Source: an uncultured archaeon
Lineage (GTDB): Archaea > Aenigmatarchaeota > Aenigmatarchaeia > Aenigmatarchaeales > Aenigmatarchaeaceae
DNA: 64,000 bases
Direction of reading: 5' to 3'
NCBI GenBank assembly: GCA_964608725.1
Contig: CAZSPB010000001.1
Coordinates: 43,696 to 107,695, forward strand
The notes below the pieces were generated by a model. The model made no database searches and was not told where the DNA came from. It was given only the letters and a program-made list of their open reading frames with translations. A program made the translations under genes and the position numbers. Positions 21,466 to 31,475 of the stretch are shown piece after piece; within the stretch, counting starts at the first letter, position 1; the number at the start of each line of letters is the position of its first letter.

Positions 21466-21481
21466 ATACAATATATTGTGT
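21466..21481. promoter_or_regulatory. NrdR box
   Basis: ATACAATATATTGTGT, one mismatch to acaCwAtATaTwGtgt, directly upstream of nrdR-nrdJ. Confidence 0.8.
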
Positions 21482-21602
21482 TTAAAAGACCTTGAAAACA
21501 CAATTGTAAAGAGAAAAAGTGATTCTACATTTAAACATTTTTCTATACTTCAAAAGATATGTTTTGAGATAGTTTTAAAATTTCATAATTTGATATAAGA
21601 TT

Positions 21603-22166
21603 ATGCGTGCTTTTGTTGGGATTCCAATACCAGAAAAGCTAAAACCAAAGATAGTTAAAATTCAAGAGAGGTTTTCTAGGTTTGATATTAAGCTAGTTGA
21701 ACCTGAAAATTTGCACTTCAACTTAAAATTTATTAAGGAGATAGGAGAAGATAAGATCGAAGTTTTAAAAAAAGAAATCGAAAAAGTTGTAAGTATTTTT
21801 GAACCTTTTTCTCTAAAAGTAGCAAGTTTTGGAGTATTCCCAAATGAAAAGTATTTAAGAGTTATCTGGTTAGGTGTTAAAGATGGTAAAGAGACACTTA
21901 TAGCGTTAGCAAAAGAAGTAAACAATTCTCTTGAAAAGTTTGGTTTAAGAAAAGAGGCCAAGTTTGTACCACATTTAACTTTAGGGAGAGTTAGAAGTGG
22001 AAAGAATAAAGAAGAAATACTAAGAATAATAGAAGAATTGAAAGATGTTGATATAGGTGAAATGAGAGTTGAAAAAGTTGTACTTTTCAAATCAACTTTA
22101 ACTTCTAAAGGCCCTATATATGAAGAAATATTCTCAGTAAATCTTGGGAGTAAAGAAAAATGTTAA
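21603..22166 (+). CDS. thpR: RNA 2',3'-cyclic phosphodiesterase (2H family)
   Basis: MRAFVG, HFNLKF, PHLTLGR, GPIYE. Confidence 0.88.
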   Translation: MRAFVGIPIPEKLKPKIVKIQERFSRFDIKLVEPENLHFNLKFIKEIGEDKIEVLKKEIEKVVSIFEPFSLKVASFGVFPNEKYLRVIWLGVKDGKETLIALAKEVNNSLEKFGLRKEAKFVPHLTLGRVRSGKNKEEILRIIEELKDVDIGEMRVEKVVLFKSTLTSKGPIYEEIFSVNLGSKEKC

Positions 22167-22199
22167 ATTTACCTAAGAATTAATAATTTTTAGATTAAA

Positions 22200-22394
22200 A
22201 TGGTAAGCCTAATTAACAAATTAGATGTACCTTTACTAGGCATAGTTTACATAGTTAGTGTTATTATAGTTTTCTTATACTATTATGAAAAAATTGATCT
22301 AGGATTTTTAACTCTCATCTCTTGGTTTATAGTTTTGCTTGGTGCATTAGGATTTGTATGTTATGTTTTCAAGAAGGTTAGTAAAACAAGATAG
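22200..22394 (+). CDS. Small two-TM membrane protein
   Basis: Two hydrophobic helices. Confidence 0.5.
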   Translation: MVSLINKLDVPLLGIVYIVSVIIVFLYYYEKIDLGFLTLISWFIVLLGALGFVCYVFKKVSKTR

Positions 22395-22620
22395 GGTATT
22401 TTGTTTTCATACTTTCTAATAACCTTTCAGAAATAGCAAGATCTATTTTCATATCCATTTCAGCTAACTTTAACAGTTCGATAATTTCATCTTCCAACAG
22501 CTTTTCTTTACCTATAACGTAAACACGTCTTCCATTTTCTTCTCTAACTTCTATCTTTTTTCCTTTTTTTATACTTTCATATAACTTCTCCAAAGGCCTA
22601 TATTCTTTTGGTAAGTTCAT
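22378..22620 (-). CDS. Hypothetical protein
   Basis: Host-like K/E-rich ORF with upstream TATA-like box. Confidence 0.55.
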   Translation of the reverse strand: MNLPKEYRPLEKLYESIKKGKKIEVREENGRRVYVIGKEKLLEDEIIELLKLAEMDMKIDLAISERLLESMKTKYPILFY

Positions 22621-22663
22621 ATTTATAATTACTATTTGGTAGTATATAAATTTACTACTAGAA

Positions 22664-23053
22664 GTGGTAAAGAATGTTTATCATCCCTCTTTTCTTATTC
22701 ATTTTATGAACTTATTAAAAATTTCAGTTATAACATCTATCATAGGATTAATTCTACTTTTTCTTTTTGCTAATTCTCTTACAAAAGAAGTAACAAAAAT
22801 ATCTTCTCTTAAAATCGGCCAAATAGCAAGAATAACAGGGATGGTCACATCTTTTTATCATAGTAAAAAAGGTCACATCTTTTTGAAAGTTGCTGATAAT
22901 ACTGGAGAGATAGATGTAGTAGTTTTTAACAGTTCAAAAGAAATAGAAAAAGTTAGAAATCTTGAGTTAGGAGACGAGGTTGATATAATAGGGAGAGTTG
23001 AAGAGTATAAGGGTAAAAAGGAAATAATACTTAGAGAAATAAGAAAAATTTAA
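22664..23053 (+). CDS. Membrane-anchored OB-fold protein (start may be 22706)
   Basis: TM helix then ITGMV..GHIFLKVADNTGEI..GRVEEYKG. Confidence 0.75.
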   Translation: MVKNVYHPSFLIHFMNLLKISVITSIIGLILLFLFANSLTKEVTKISSLKIGQIARITGMVTSFYHSKKGHIFLKVADNTGEIDVVVFNSSKEIEKVRNLELGDEVDIIGRVEEYKGKKEIILREIRKI

Positions 23054-23078
23054 ATATAACTGAGTAGTAGTAAATAAT

Positions 23079-23285
23079 ATGGAAACTAAAGCGAACTCTC
23101 CTTATGATGCAATAAAGAGGCACTTAGAAGAAGTAAGATATGAGGGCGTTGATAGACTTCAAAAAGTTGTTAGAGGCTCAGGTTTTGATGTTGGTATTGA
23201 AATTATTTACAGTATCTTAAGGAACATGGAAGGAGCAGGTGAAATAAGAAGGACAGGGGACGTTGTAGAGTGGATAGGCACTTAG
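23079..23285 (+). CDS. Small hypothetical protein, possible wHTH
   Basis: TATA-like tttaaata upstream; helix then GEIRR beta-wing. Confidence 0.5.
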   Translation: METKANSPYDAIKRHLEEVRYEGVDRLQKVVRGSGFDVGIEIIYSILRNMEGAGEIRRTGDVVEWIGT

Positions 23286-23596
23286 ATTATGTGTTTTATT
23301 CTTCTCTTTACTTCCCAGTAATGCAATACATCTTTTGTTGTTAAATTTTCTTTTCCTTTTTTCAGTTTTATTATCCTAATACCCATAAACCTACCCTTTT
23401 CGTCTCTATAACCCAGATTTTCAACAAAGTACTCTAGAAAATGATCTATATAATAAGTAAGAGTTGAGATTGGAAGATGAGTTTCTTTTGCTAAATTTCT
23501 TAACCAAATACCATCTTTGTACATTCTTAAGACTCTCAAAATTATTTCCACCTTTTTAGGATCAGGGCCTATAGGTCTTCCGCCTCTTCTTTTCAT
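23282..23596 (-). CDS. Winged HTH DNA-binding protein
   Basis: GIWLRNLAKETHLPISTLTYYI. Confidence 0.75.
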   Translation of the reverse strand: MKRRGGRPIGPDPKKVEIILRVLRMYKDGIWLRNLAKETHLPISTLTYYIDHFLEYFVENLGYRDEKGRFMGIRIIKLKKGKENLTTKDVLHYWEVKRRIKHII

Positions 23597-23738
23597 ATTT
23601 TTTCACTAAGTTTTTTGAACACTGTTCAATAAAAGTTTTATGTAATCTTTAATATTAATATTTTTCCTTTTTCTCTGATATTTTTTCGTTTATTGTCGAA
23701 AAAAACATTGTTTTATAATCGTCAATAAACGACTAAAA

Positions 23739-24092
23739 TGTTCACGTGCATGTTCACAAAACCTTCACACTTTCACGTAGGAACTATGAAAATCTTCTCT
23801 CAATTAACTCACACATTATACTCATTTTATAATCAAAAAGAAAATTTTATTAAAAATGAAATGTAACATAAAATTATGTTCACGTGAACTTCACGCGTGA
23901 AGATGTGAACTTCACGTGAACTTCACAAAATCTTCACGTGAACATCATGAACTTCACGTTAATGTTCACAAAATCTTCACGTGCAAAACTAATCTTCACG
24001 TGAAGATAGCAATTTCTCGAAGAAAAACAACGAAATATTTAAATATTTAATTCACGTGAATATATACAAGTTCACGTGAACTTCACATGAAC
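23739..24092. repeat. Array of TTCACGTGAA palindromes and half-sites, ~11-bp phased
   Basis: Perfect copies at 23879, 23911, 23933, 23995, 24051, 24071; variants at 23741, 23772, 23890, 23953, 23976, 24082; half-sites at 23753, 23764, 23922, 23965. Confidence 0.92.
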
Positions 24093-24109
24093 ATTTTGGT
24101 GTGAATATC

Positions 24110-25210
24110 ATGGTTAATGAAAATAAGGATATCTCAAAATGGGGCTGGAATGCCAACCCATTTGTATTAAAAATTGATCCTAAATTATTTGTTGGTTATG
24201 AAGAACAAATCGATGCAATAAGGAGACATATAAAACATAAACATAAAATAGCTTTGATAACAGGCCGTACAGGCTCAGGAAAAACAACTTTTTTGAAATG
24301 GTTAGAAACCCAGTATGATACAGCTAAAATATATGTGAGTAAACCCCCAAAAAGACCTGAGGAATTTGTATCTTTATTTACTGAGATTTTTGGGTTTAGT
24401 TTTTTCGAAAGATTATTAAGAAGAAAGCCTAACCTTTATACTTTACCGAACTATATTAATAAAAAATTAAAGGGAAATCATTTAGTTTTTTTGTTAGATG
24501 AGGCCCATGAGACAGAGAGAGATGTTTTAGAATGGTTAAGAGTTCTTACTGACCAAATAAATGAAGTGAGCTTAGTAATGGCTGGCTTACCTGTGATGGA
24601 AGGAAAAATAAAAACAGAGTTAGAGACATTAGATCAAAGAATAACAACAAGAATATCTCTCACTTCTCTTGATTTAGAAGAGACAAAAGAGTTAATAAAG
24701 AAAAGAATAGAATCTGTTGGTGGCAAAGGAACATATCCTTTCACAGATTCTGCTATAGAAAAGATATACGAGAAAACAGGAGGGTTTCCTAGAGAGATTT
24801 TAAAGCTTTGTGATAGACTTATAAACACAGCTTTAGAAAAAGGCTTGGACATTATAGATGAAAAAGCAGTAGAAGAACATAAAGAAATAGAGCTTCCAAA
24901 AGTGAGATTAGAAGAGCCAGTTGTCACTTTCATGCCGAAACCACCTTCAGAAGAACAAATAAGAAATTTGCCTTATAAACAAAGAAAGATTTTAGAGCTA
25001 TTAGCTAGAAAAGACTGGCTCACACCTACAGCTATTGTAGAAGAGTTAGGGATAGCAGATAACTACAAGTCAAAAGGCCATGCTATAAGATCAATAAACA
25101 ATATCTTGAAAAGACTCATGCTTGAAGGTTATGTTCAAAGAGAATCTAGAGGAAAAGCTTTTATGTATGCTTTAACACCAAAAGTAAAACCATTTTTTGT
25201 TCAAGCTTAA
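24110..25210 (+). CDS. AAA+ ATPase (ExeA/Cdc6-related) with C-terminal wHTH
   Basis: NPF, GRTGSGKTT, LLDEAH, LVMAGLP, QRI, GGFPREI; C-terminal wHTH (LTPTAIVEEL...RGKAFMY). Confidence 0.85.
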   Translation: MVNENKDISKWGWNANPFVLKIDPKLFVGYEEQIDAIRRHIKHKHKIALITGRTGSGKTTFLKWLETQYDTAKIYVSKPPKRPEEFVSLFTEIFGFSFFERLLRRKPNLYTLPNYINKKLKGNHLVFLLDEAHETERDVLEWLRVLTDQINEVSLVMAGLPVMEGKIKTELETLDQRITTRISLTSLDLEETKELIKKRIESVGGKGTYPFTDSAIEKIYEKTGGFPREILKLCDRLINTALEKGLDIIDEKAVEEHKEIELPKVRLEEPVVTFMPKPPSEEQIRNLPYKQRKILELLARKDWLTPTAIVEELGIADNYKSKGHAIRSINNILKRLMLEGYVQRESRGKAFMYALTPKVKPFFVQA

Positions 25211-25422
25211 TCTTTTGTGAGACTTTTAAGATTCAGTATCCTTTCTGCAAGGGATAACTCGTTAATTTCTCTTCTAGGAAGGCCTAAAGCTATGCCAACA
25301 TATTCTGTTGGAAAACTTTTCTTTCCTTCAGGCCCTTTGAAAGTGCAATAATCACTATTTACATGAGTTTCGTAAGAGTTTAGGGCAGTATAAATTATGT
25401 TTTCAAGCTTTTTGTATTCCAT
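25207..25422 (-). CDS. Hypothetical protein
   Basis: Short ORF with upstream TATA-like box. Confidence 0.45.
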   Translation of the reverse strand: MEYKKLENIIYTALNSYETHVNSDYCTFKGPEGKKSFPTEYVGIALGLPRREINELSLAERILNLKSLTKD

Positions 25423-25496
25423 ATTAATTACTTTGAAGTAGTAATATATAAAGATAACGTTTGAAGTAATAATAATTTAAAAAGGAAAAATATTGT

Positions 25497-26057
25497 ATGC
25501 GAAAATTAATTTTGATAGTTGGATTGCCTGGTAGTGGAAAAACTACTGTCGCAGAATTCATAAAAAAACATTTTAATGCTTATATTCTTCACAGTGGTGA
25601 TGTAATAAGAGAGGAAATTAAAAGAAGGGGTTTAAAATATACACCTGAAAGTGATATGTTAATTGCTCATTGGTTTCATACTCACGGAAGAGAAAAGTTA
25701 ATAGCAAAAAGAGTATGGGAAAAGGTTAAAAAAACAAAGAAAAACATAGTAGTCATCGAAGGTTTTAGATCATTAAAAACTGTTAATCACTTTAAAAGAA
25801 TATCCAAAATAACACCCATAATTATAGCTGTTGAAGCAAGCTTTAAAGTGAGAGCTGAAAGAGAGTTAAAAAGAAAAAGATTTGGGAAAAAAGAGAGTAT
25901 AGAATATTTAAAGGCTAGAGAAAAGTTAGAAAGAAAGCACGGGATAATAAAATTAATAAAAAAAGCAGACTTTAAAATCAATAATTCAAGGATGACTAAA
26001 AAACAAACAGAAAAGAAAGTTGTGGAGATTTTAAAAAAAGTTCTTGAATCAAAATAA
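25497..26057 (+). CDS. P-loop kinase (dephospho-CoA kinase-like, COG0237 type)
   Basis: VGLPGSGKTT, GDVIREE, VIEGFRS, AD..INN. Confidence 0.75.
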   Translation: MRKLILIVGLPGSGKTTVAEFIKKHFNAYILHSGDVIREEIKRRGLKYTPESDMLIAHWFHTHGREKLIAKRVWEKVKKTKKNIVVIEGFRSLKTVNHFKRISKITPIIIAVEASFKVRAERELKRKRFGKKESIEYLKAREKLERKHGIIKLIKKADFKINNSRMTKKQTEKKVVEILKKVLESK

Positions 26058-26102
26058 ATTTAAATATACAAACTAAAGATATACTAGATAAGGTGAATTT
26101 TT

Positions 26103-26360
26103 ATGGAGATTGTAAGAGCAAAAGATTTAATTGGTAAGGTTATTGTTTCTAGTGATACAGGAAAGAAATTCGGTATAGTTGGTGATGTGAATTTTATAAC
26201 AGAATCAGGAGAATTGATGAATTTGATAATTTCTGAGCCAACAAAACAGGCCCTAGAGCTTAAACTTTCTGAAGATGAGAAAGGCAGGCTTTTAATACCA
26301 TTTTCAGCTGTAAAGTCTGTTGGAGATTTCATTGTTGTTTCAGAGAAGGACATCGTTTAA
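26103..26360 (+). CDS. PRC-barrel protein (CdpB-like)
   Basis: LIGKVIV..G..FG.V, IPFSAVKSVGDFIVV. Confidence 0.8.
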   Translation: MEIVRAKDLIGKVIVSSDTGKKFGIVGDVNFITESGELMNLIISEPTKQALELKLSEDEKGRLLIPFSAVKSVGDFIVVSEKDIV

Positions 26361-26489
26361 TAAAATTTGATTAATTTTTTTATTTTTCTTTAGTTAGTTT
26401 TTCATTTCTGAATTCTTCTATAATTAATGAAAATAACTCATAATCGTTAGTCTCAAATTTTCCTGCCTTTAAAACGTACTTCTCTTTCA

Positions 26490-27446
26490 TTATTTCCCTT
26501 TTGGATCTCTTATTCCTTCAGGAGTAATGACAAATACTGTTTCACCTTCTGGTAAAGATGGACTATCTACAACTCTAGCAATTCTTGTATTGCCTCTAGA
26601 CTTTCTTAAATAAAGTCTATGAGTACTAAAGTGACCTAGAATATGACCACCAATTGGTGCTGTTGGATCACCAAATAGTATATCTGGTCTTGCCATAACT
26701 TGGTTTGTAATGTAAACAGCAATGTTATATACATCCGCAAGTCTTTGTAAAGTGTGAAGATGCCTATTGAGTTTTTGTTGTCTTAAAGCTAACTCTCCTC
26801 TACCAGTATAATCTACCCTAAAATTTGAGGTTACACTGTCAACAATCAGAAGTTTAACATTTTTTTCTTTTATTAATTCACTTGCTTTTTCAGCAAGTAT
26901 CATTTGATGGTCAGAATTATAACATCTAGCAACATAGATATTATCTAAAACCTTTTTTGGATCTAAACCTAAAGCTTCGGCCATTTGTTTTATTCGAGAT
27001 GGTCTGAAAGTATTTTCCGCATCTAGGAAAAGGCACCCTCCTTCTAAACCACCTTCTTCTACAGGTAATTGAACATTCACAGCAAGCTGGAAACCAATTT
27101 GTGTTTTTCCAGCACCAAATGCACCATGAAATTCTGTAACAGCAAGAGTTTCTATACCCCCTCCTAATAAACGGTCAAGATTTTCACTTCCAGTTTTAAT
27201 TTTACCAATATTCTTCCTTTTTTCTAATACATCAGTAGCTTTTTCAAAACCTATTTCTAAGGCCTCTCTTGCAGCATTTATTATTTTTGAAGCAGTTGTC
27301 TCACCTATTTCTGCTATACTTGAAAGTTCCATGGGTGATGCAGCAGCAATAGCCATTACATCAATATACCCAGCATTTCTCAGTTTATCTGCTATTTTTT
27401 CTCCTACTCCAGGAAGATCAGATATATCTTTAATTTTCTTACTCAT
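26490..27446 (-). CDS. radA: Recombinase RadA
   Basis: DLPGVG Hh[31 protein letters not shown]. Confidence 0.95.
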   Translation of the reverse strand: MSKKIKDISDLPGVGEKIADKLRNAGYIDVMAIAAASPMELSSIAEIGETTASKIINAAREALEIGFEKATDVLEKRKNIGKIKTGSENLDRLLGGGIETLAVTEFHGAFGAGKTQIGFQLAVNVQLPVEEGGLEGGCLFLDAENTFRPSRIKQMAEALGLDPKKVLDNIYVARCYNSDHQMILAEKASELIKEKNVKLLIVDSVTSNFRVDYTGRGELALRQQKLNRHLHTLQRLADVYNIAVYITNQVMARPDILFGDPTAPIGGHILGHFSTHRLYLRKSRGNTRIARVVDSPSLPEGETVFVITPEGIRDPKGK

Positions 27447-27459
27447 AAAATTACCACAC

Positions 27460-28461
27460 TTAAACATTCGGTACCAATTTATTTATTATTTTGTTTATCT
27501 CACTTTTAACATCAACTTCTTTTACTTCACTAACAATGAATTCAGGCCTGTTAAAGAGCTTATTTTTTCTTACTTTACCTTTCATAACAAACTCTTTACC
27601 AAGAATGTCTACTATATCAAAAATTGACTTATCATGCTTTAATGCATTTTCCAAATCCATACCAACTAATTGGAGAGCAACGTCTCTAAAAAATACAGCC
27701 CTCATATTCATTGTACCATCATCAATAACACCAGATATTACCATAGCTTTTTCTGGTTCAACTTCTCCATGTTCTTTACACACAAATTTATTCTCAACTT
27801 TTTCCACTTTTCCTCCACATTTAGGACATATTTCAAAGAAAAGATTTGTTTCAAATATTTGCACTATGGCAGCTCTCACTTCAGCTATATCATTTAACTT
27901 TAATTGAGAAATCTTCTTTCTTACGACTTTTCTTTCCAAAATTCTTTCTATTTCTTCTAAAGAAGGAAGGTCACTTTCTTCTAGTATTTTTATTCCACCT
28001 CTTTCACTAAGTCTTAATTCTACACCACCAATTCCATTATCTCTTGTATAAGCTCCAAAAGTTTCAATGGCCATTCCAGGCTTTAATTTTTCAGCTATTT
28101 CAGTTTGTTCATCCCATAGAGAAAGTCTTATTGTGCCAGTAGAATCTCCCAATATCACACTTGCAACTTTTCCTTTCCCACCTTGTCTTTCAAATTCTTT
28201 TGGTTCAAAAACTTTCAATACTCTTCCACTTAATGTTAAATTTCTTATCCTAGGAACAACATTTTTTATTTCTAACCTTCTTTTTTCTTTAATTTTTGGA
28301 AGAAGATCTAAACCTAACTCTTTTGCAACTATGTAAGCAGCACCTTCCTTTGAAACTAAGTGTGATAACTCTTTTTGTTTTTCTATTATTTTATTTTCAA
28401 TTTCTCTTCTTTCTAAACCTGTCTTTTCTTTGATCTTTTCTATTATCTCTTCTAAGTTCAT
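27460..28461 (-). CDS. RPA/SSB-like protein (OB folds + Zn finger)
   Basis: [31 protein letters not shown]. Confidence 0.85.
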   Translation of the reverse strand: MNLEEIIEKIKEKTGLERREIENKIIEKQKELSHLVSKEGAAYIVAKELGLDLLPKIKEKRRLEIKNVVPRIRNLTLSGRVLKVFEPKEFERQGGKGKVASVILGDSTGTIRLSLWDEQTEIAEKLKPGMAIETFGAYTRDNGIGGVELRLSERGGIKILEESDLPSLEEIERILERKVVRKKISQLKLNDIAEVRAAIVQIFETNLFFEICPKCGGKVEKVENKFVCKEHGEVEPEKAMVISGVIDDGTMNMRAVFFRDVALQLVGMDLENALKHDKSIFDIVDILGKEFVMKGKVRKNKLFNRPEFIVSEVKEVDVKSEINKIINKLVPNV

Positions 28462-28518
28462 AAGAACAAATTAAATTCTAAAGCTTATATTATTTTTTCA
28501 CTAATGTATTAGAAAAAA

Positions 28519-28722
28519 TTATTCTATTTTCCTTTTTGCTTCTAAAACATCTTCAAGCAAAACCGTTTTTCTTCCCTTACTTTTTGCTATAGCAACCGAT
28601 TCTGCAGCTATGTCAGAAATTATCTCTTCTAAAACATTTGCAAATTCCTTTACAGCATTTTTACTAACTCTCATATTAGTTTTTTTCAGTATTTTTTCAG
28701 CTGATGCCAAGGAAATATCCAT
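28519..28722 (-). CDS. Archaeal histone
   Basis: RVSKNA...AKSKGRKTV..EDV histone fold. Confidence 0.88.
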   Translation of the reverse strand: MDISLASAEKILKKTNMRVSKNAVKEFANVLEEIISDIAAESVAIAKSKGRKTVLLEDVLEAKRKIE

Positions 28723-28761
28723 ATTTTTATATTCTTTCCCTTAAATTTTAAGTTTCTACCT

Positions 28762-28920
28762 AACTCTCACTTTTAATTTTGTGAGAGTTCAAGCAAAATT
28801 CAATTTTAAAATATATTTTACGAGAAATATTTATTGAAATATTTTATGTTTAAGTTATTTTTAAAAATAAACTTTTTAAAAAGATTTTTTATAAATATTC
28901 TACAAAAAATATATTTACGG
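28762..28920. repeat. AACTCTCAC/GTGAGAGTT inverted repeat followed by AT-rich AAAATATATTT-like tandem units
   Basis: IR 28762-28770/28781-28789; degenerate 12-14 bp units 28807-28916. Confidence 0.65.
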
Positions 28921-28976
28921 AATACAAGATAGGTTTAAATAATTGTTTTATCTTAAAATTATTAAGGTGTTGAAAA

Positions 28977-29291
28977 GTGAGAGTTAAAAAGTTAAAGAAA
29001 ACAATATTTGAAAACTTGTTCTTAAGGCCAAAACCAGTAAATATGTTAACAAGCTTAAGAAAAGATGCTATAAGGTATGCTACTCAAGTTTCTAAAGCAG
29101 TTGATTGTACTTATTCTCACACTGTAAAAGTTCTTGAACAATTTAGAAAATTGGGTTTAGTTGAATTTGAAAAGAAAGGAAGGATCAAAATAATAAAGTT
29201 AACTAGTGATGGAAAAAGTATTGCTGAAGATTTAGCGAATCTAAAAAAGAAGTTTCTTTCATTATCAAAAAAAGTTAAAGAATCTAAGTAA
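28977..29291 (+). CDS. Winged HTH (MarR-like) protein
   Basis: YATQVSKAVDCTYSHTVK...GLVEFEKKGR. Confidence 0.8.
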   Translation: MRVKKLKKTIFENLFLRPKPVNMLTSLRKDAIRYATQVSKAVDCTYSHTVKVLEQFRKLGLVEFEKKGRIKIIKLTSDGKSIAEDLANLKKKFLSLSKKVKESK

Positions 29292-29444
29292 AAATTCTTG
29301 TGGACAGTTGATGTTAATCTTAAACTTTTCAGCATCCTTTTTCTTGTATGATCAAGATTATTTACTCAGATATACCACTCATTAATACTATCTCTGAACC
29401 AGAAAATGCAAAGTTTTATTAACTTGGACACTTAATGTTAATCT

Positions 29445-29789
29445 ATGAAAGAATTGTTAACTTGGCTTTATGGAAAGTCTGCTAGGAACGCGCACATAAG
29501 AGAAATGGCCGAAAAAGCTATAAAAATTCTGAGTGAGCAGGGATCAATGGAACATCAAGAGCTTTGTGAGGCTTTAGGGATAGGGTTTAACAAGTACAAA
29601 AAGCCTAAAAGAACATTTTATTTTGTTGTTAATCCTTTGAAAAAAGTGAGATTAATAAGAGAGAAAAGGATCTTTCCAGAAAAAGGTTCAAGAAAGTTTA
29701 AAACACATTACATCTTCACTCCAGAGGAATTTAAAGGTTATATGGCTAGGGTAATAGAGGAATTTTATGAAAAAGTTAAAAGCAAGTAA
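29445..29789 (+). CDS. Hypothetical protein, probable wHTH
   Basis: ELCEALGI...RTFYFVVNPLKKVRLI + wing. Confidence 0.6.
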   Translation: MKELLTWLYGKSARNAHIREMAEKAIKILSEQGSMEHQELCEALGIGFNKYKKPKRTFYFVVNPLKKVRLIREKRIFPEKGSRKFKTHYIFTPEEFKGYMARVIEEFYEKVKSK

Positions 29790-29945
29790 AAAATATATTT
29801 TAGAAAATATTTTAATAAAAGAAACTTTTTAAAAGGTTATTTTTAAATAAATTTCTAAAAAAATATATTATTTAAAAGATATATTTAAAAATATATTGTT
29901 CAAAATTTGTGAAATTGAACTCACATTGAAATGTGAGAGTTCAGC
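29789..29945. repeat. AT-rich AAAATATATTT-like units followed by CTCACATT/AATGTGAG inverted repeat
   Basis: TGTGAGAGTTCA at 29932-29943 identical to 28780-28791. Confidence 0.65.
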
Positions 29946-30066
29946 GAAAAATGTGAAGGAAAAAAGGAAGTTTCAAATCTTAGAAAATCTCACAAATTAA
30001 TTATAAAAATCATAAAGTTCTCTTACCTCTATATAAGGCCTTATATATGAAAAGTAAAGGAAAGTA

Positions 30067-30786
30067 TTAGTGCTTACACAATTCGTATTTTACCTTCTTT
30101 TTATAAAATTCTTTAGGAGTTCCTTTAAATGTTATTTTTCCATCTTTGAGAACATAAACTGTATCTGCAAATTCTCTTAAAGTTGTTATATCATTAGTAG
30201 CAAGGATTATAGTAGTTCTCTTTTCTTTACTTAATTTGTTAAATTTTTTGATCATAAACTTTTTTGAAACAACATCCAATTCAGCTAATGCTTCATCTAA
30301 AATTAAAAGTTCAGGCTCAATAACTAAAGCTCCAGCTATTGCAACCTTTTTCTTTTCACCTCCACTTAAGTAACGAGGTATCTTATTTTTAAGATGCTCA
30401 ATTTTTAATTCTCTAATTATATCATTCACCCTCTTTTTAACCTCTTTTTTATCAAACCCAAAATTCATTGGAGAAAAAGCTATATCATCCCACACTGTTG
30501 GTCCAATCAGTTGTTCATCTACATTTTGAAAAACAACTCCAATTTTTTTCATAATTTTTTCAAAATTTTTTGAAGGATCAACTCCAAAAACTTCTATAGT
30601 GCCTTCTGTAGCCTTTAAAAGACCTACAATGTGATGAAGTAAAGTTGTTTTACCAGCTCCATTAGGGCCTATTAAAATAACTTTTTCACCTCTATGAACA
30701 ACAAAGGATAACCCACAAACTCTCACTTCAGTTTTGTCCGGATATTTGTGTTTTAAACAATTTACTCTCACTATTACTTCTTTCAT
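30067..30786 (-). CDS. cbiO: ECF transporter ATPase (CbiO-like)
   Basis: GPNGAGKTT, VFQN..EQL, LSGGEKKK, ILDE. Confidence 0.85.
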   Translation of the reverse strand: MKEVIVRVNCLKHKYPDKTEVRVCGLSFVVHRGEKVILIGPNGAGKTTLLHHIVGLLKATEGTIEVFGVDPSKNFEKIMKKIGVVFQNVDEQLIGPTVWDDIAFSPMNFGFDKKEVKKRVNDIIRELKIEHLKNKIPRYLSGGEKKKVAIAGALVIEPELLILDEALAELDVVSKKFMIKKFNKLSKEKRTTIILATNDITTLREFADTVYVLKDGKITFKGTPKEFYKKKVKYELCKH

Positions 30787-31475
30787 ATGAAAATCACCAA
30801 GAAAATAATTATTCCAATTATTACTAAAAATAAATCTGAAAGTCTAAATTTATGTTCCTCAAAAGAATAAATTTTTCCTTTAAAACCTCTTATTCTTAGG
30901 ATATTGTAAATTCTTTCGCTTTTTTCAATAGAAGAAATGAATAAAGAACCTATGAGCATGCCTATATTTTTCATTCTTTTTAGCAAACTACCAGAATAAC
31001 CTCCTCTCACTTTCAAAATTTTTAATTTAACTTCCATTTCATCAAGAAGCAAAAAGAAAAACCTGTAACTTAAAAACATAATTGATGCTAAAGTAGTTGA
31101 AATCTTATTAAAAACTGAAAAAATTCTTGGATACGGAGTAGTACAAATTATAAGAAACATGAGTGAAGATGCACAAAATGCTCTTAAAATTGTTTGCAGA
31201 GGGAGTAACCCATAACTAATTTGACTTATTGCAAAAAGGGAAGCAAAGAAAACTAAAAATAAAGACCAACTTAAAATTTTGAGAATTGGAAGTTTCGCTA
31301 CTTTAATTAAAGTTATTATAACAAAAATTATTAATAAAAGCTTAAACAAAGATTTGGTCAATAAAATTGAGATTAAAACTAAAATTAGAAAAATTATTTT
31401 TGAGATTGTCGAACTTTTGTGAATTACACTTTCTAGGTTGTTTGAATAATAATCTATAATGTAAATTGAGCTCAT
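30783..31475 (-). CDS. cbiQ: ECF transporter T component (CbiQ-like)
   Basis: TTP, YRF, VRG/IRG Arg motifs. Confidence 0.8.
   Translation of the reverse strand: MSSIYIIDYYSNNLESVIHKSSTISKIIFLILVLISILLTKSLFKLLLIIFVIITLIKVAKLPILKILSWSLFLVFFASLFAISQISYGLLPLQTILRAFCASSLMFLIICTTPYPRIFSVFNKISTTLASIMFLSYRFFFLLLDEMEVKLKILKVRGGYSGSLLKRMKNIGMLIGSLFISSIEKSERIYNILRIRGFKGKIYSFEEHKFRLSDLFLVIIGIIIFLVIFI

Noticed and set aside
23739-24092. CRISPR array interpretation of the repeat cluster
   Set aside because: 10-bp units with no unique 30-40 bp spacers and no cas genes
8211-27446. Inteins in polB, cdc6, nrdJ or radA
   Set aside because: Normal lengths and uninterrupted motifs
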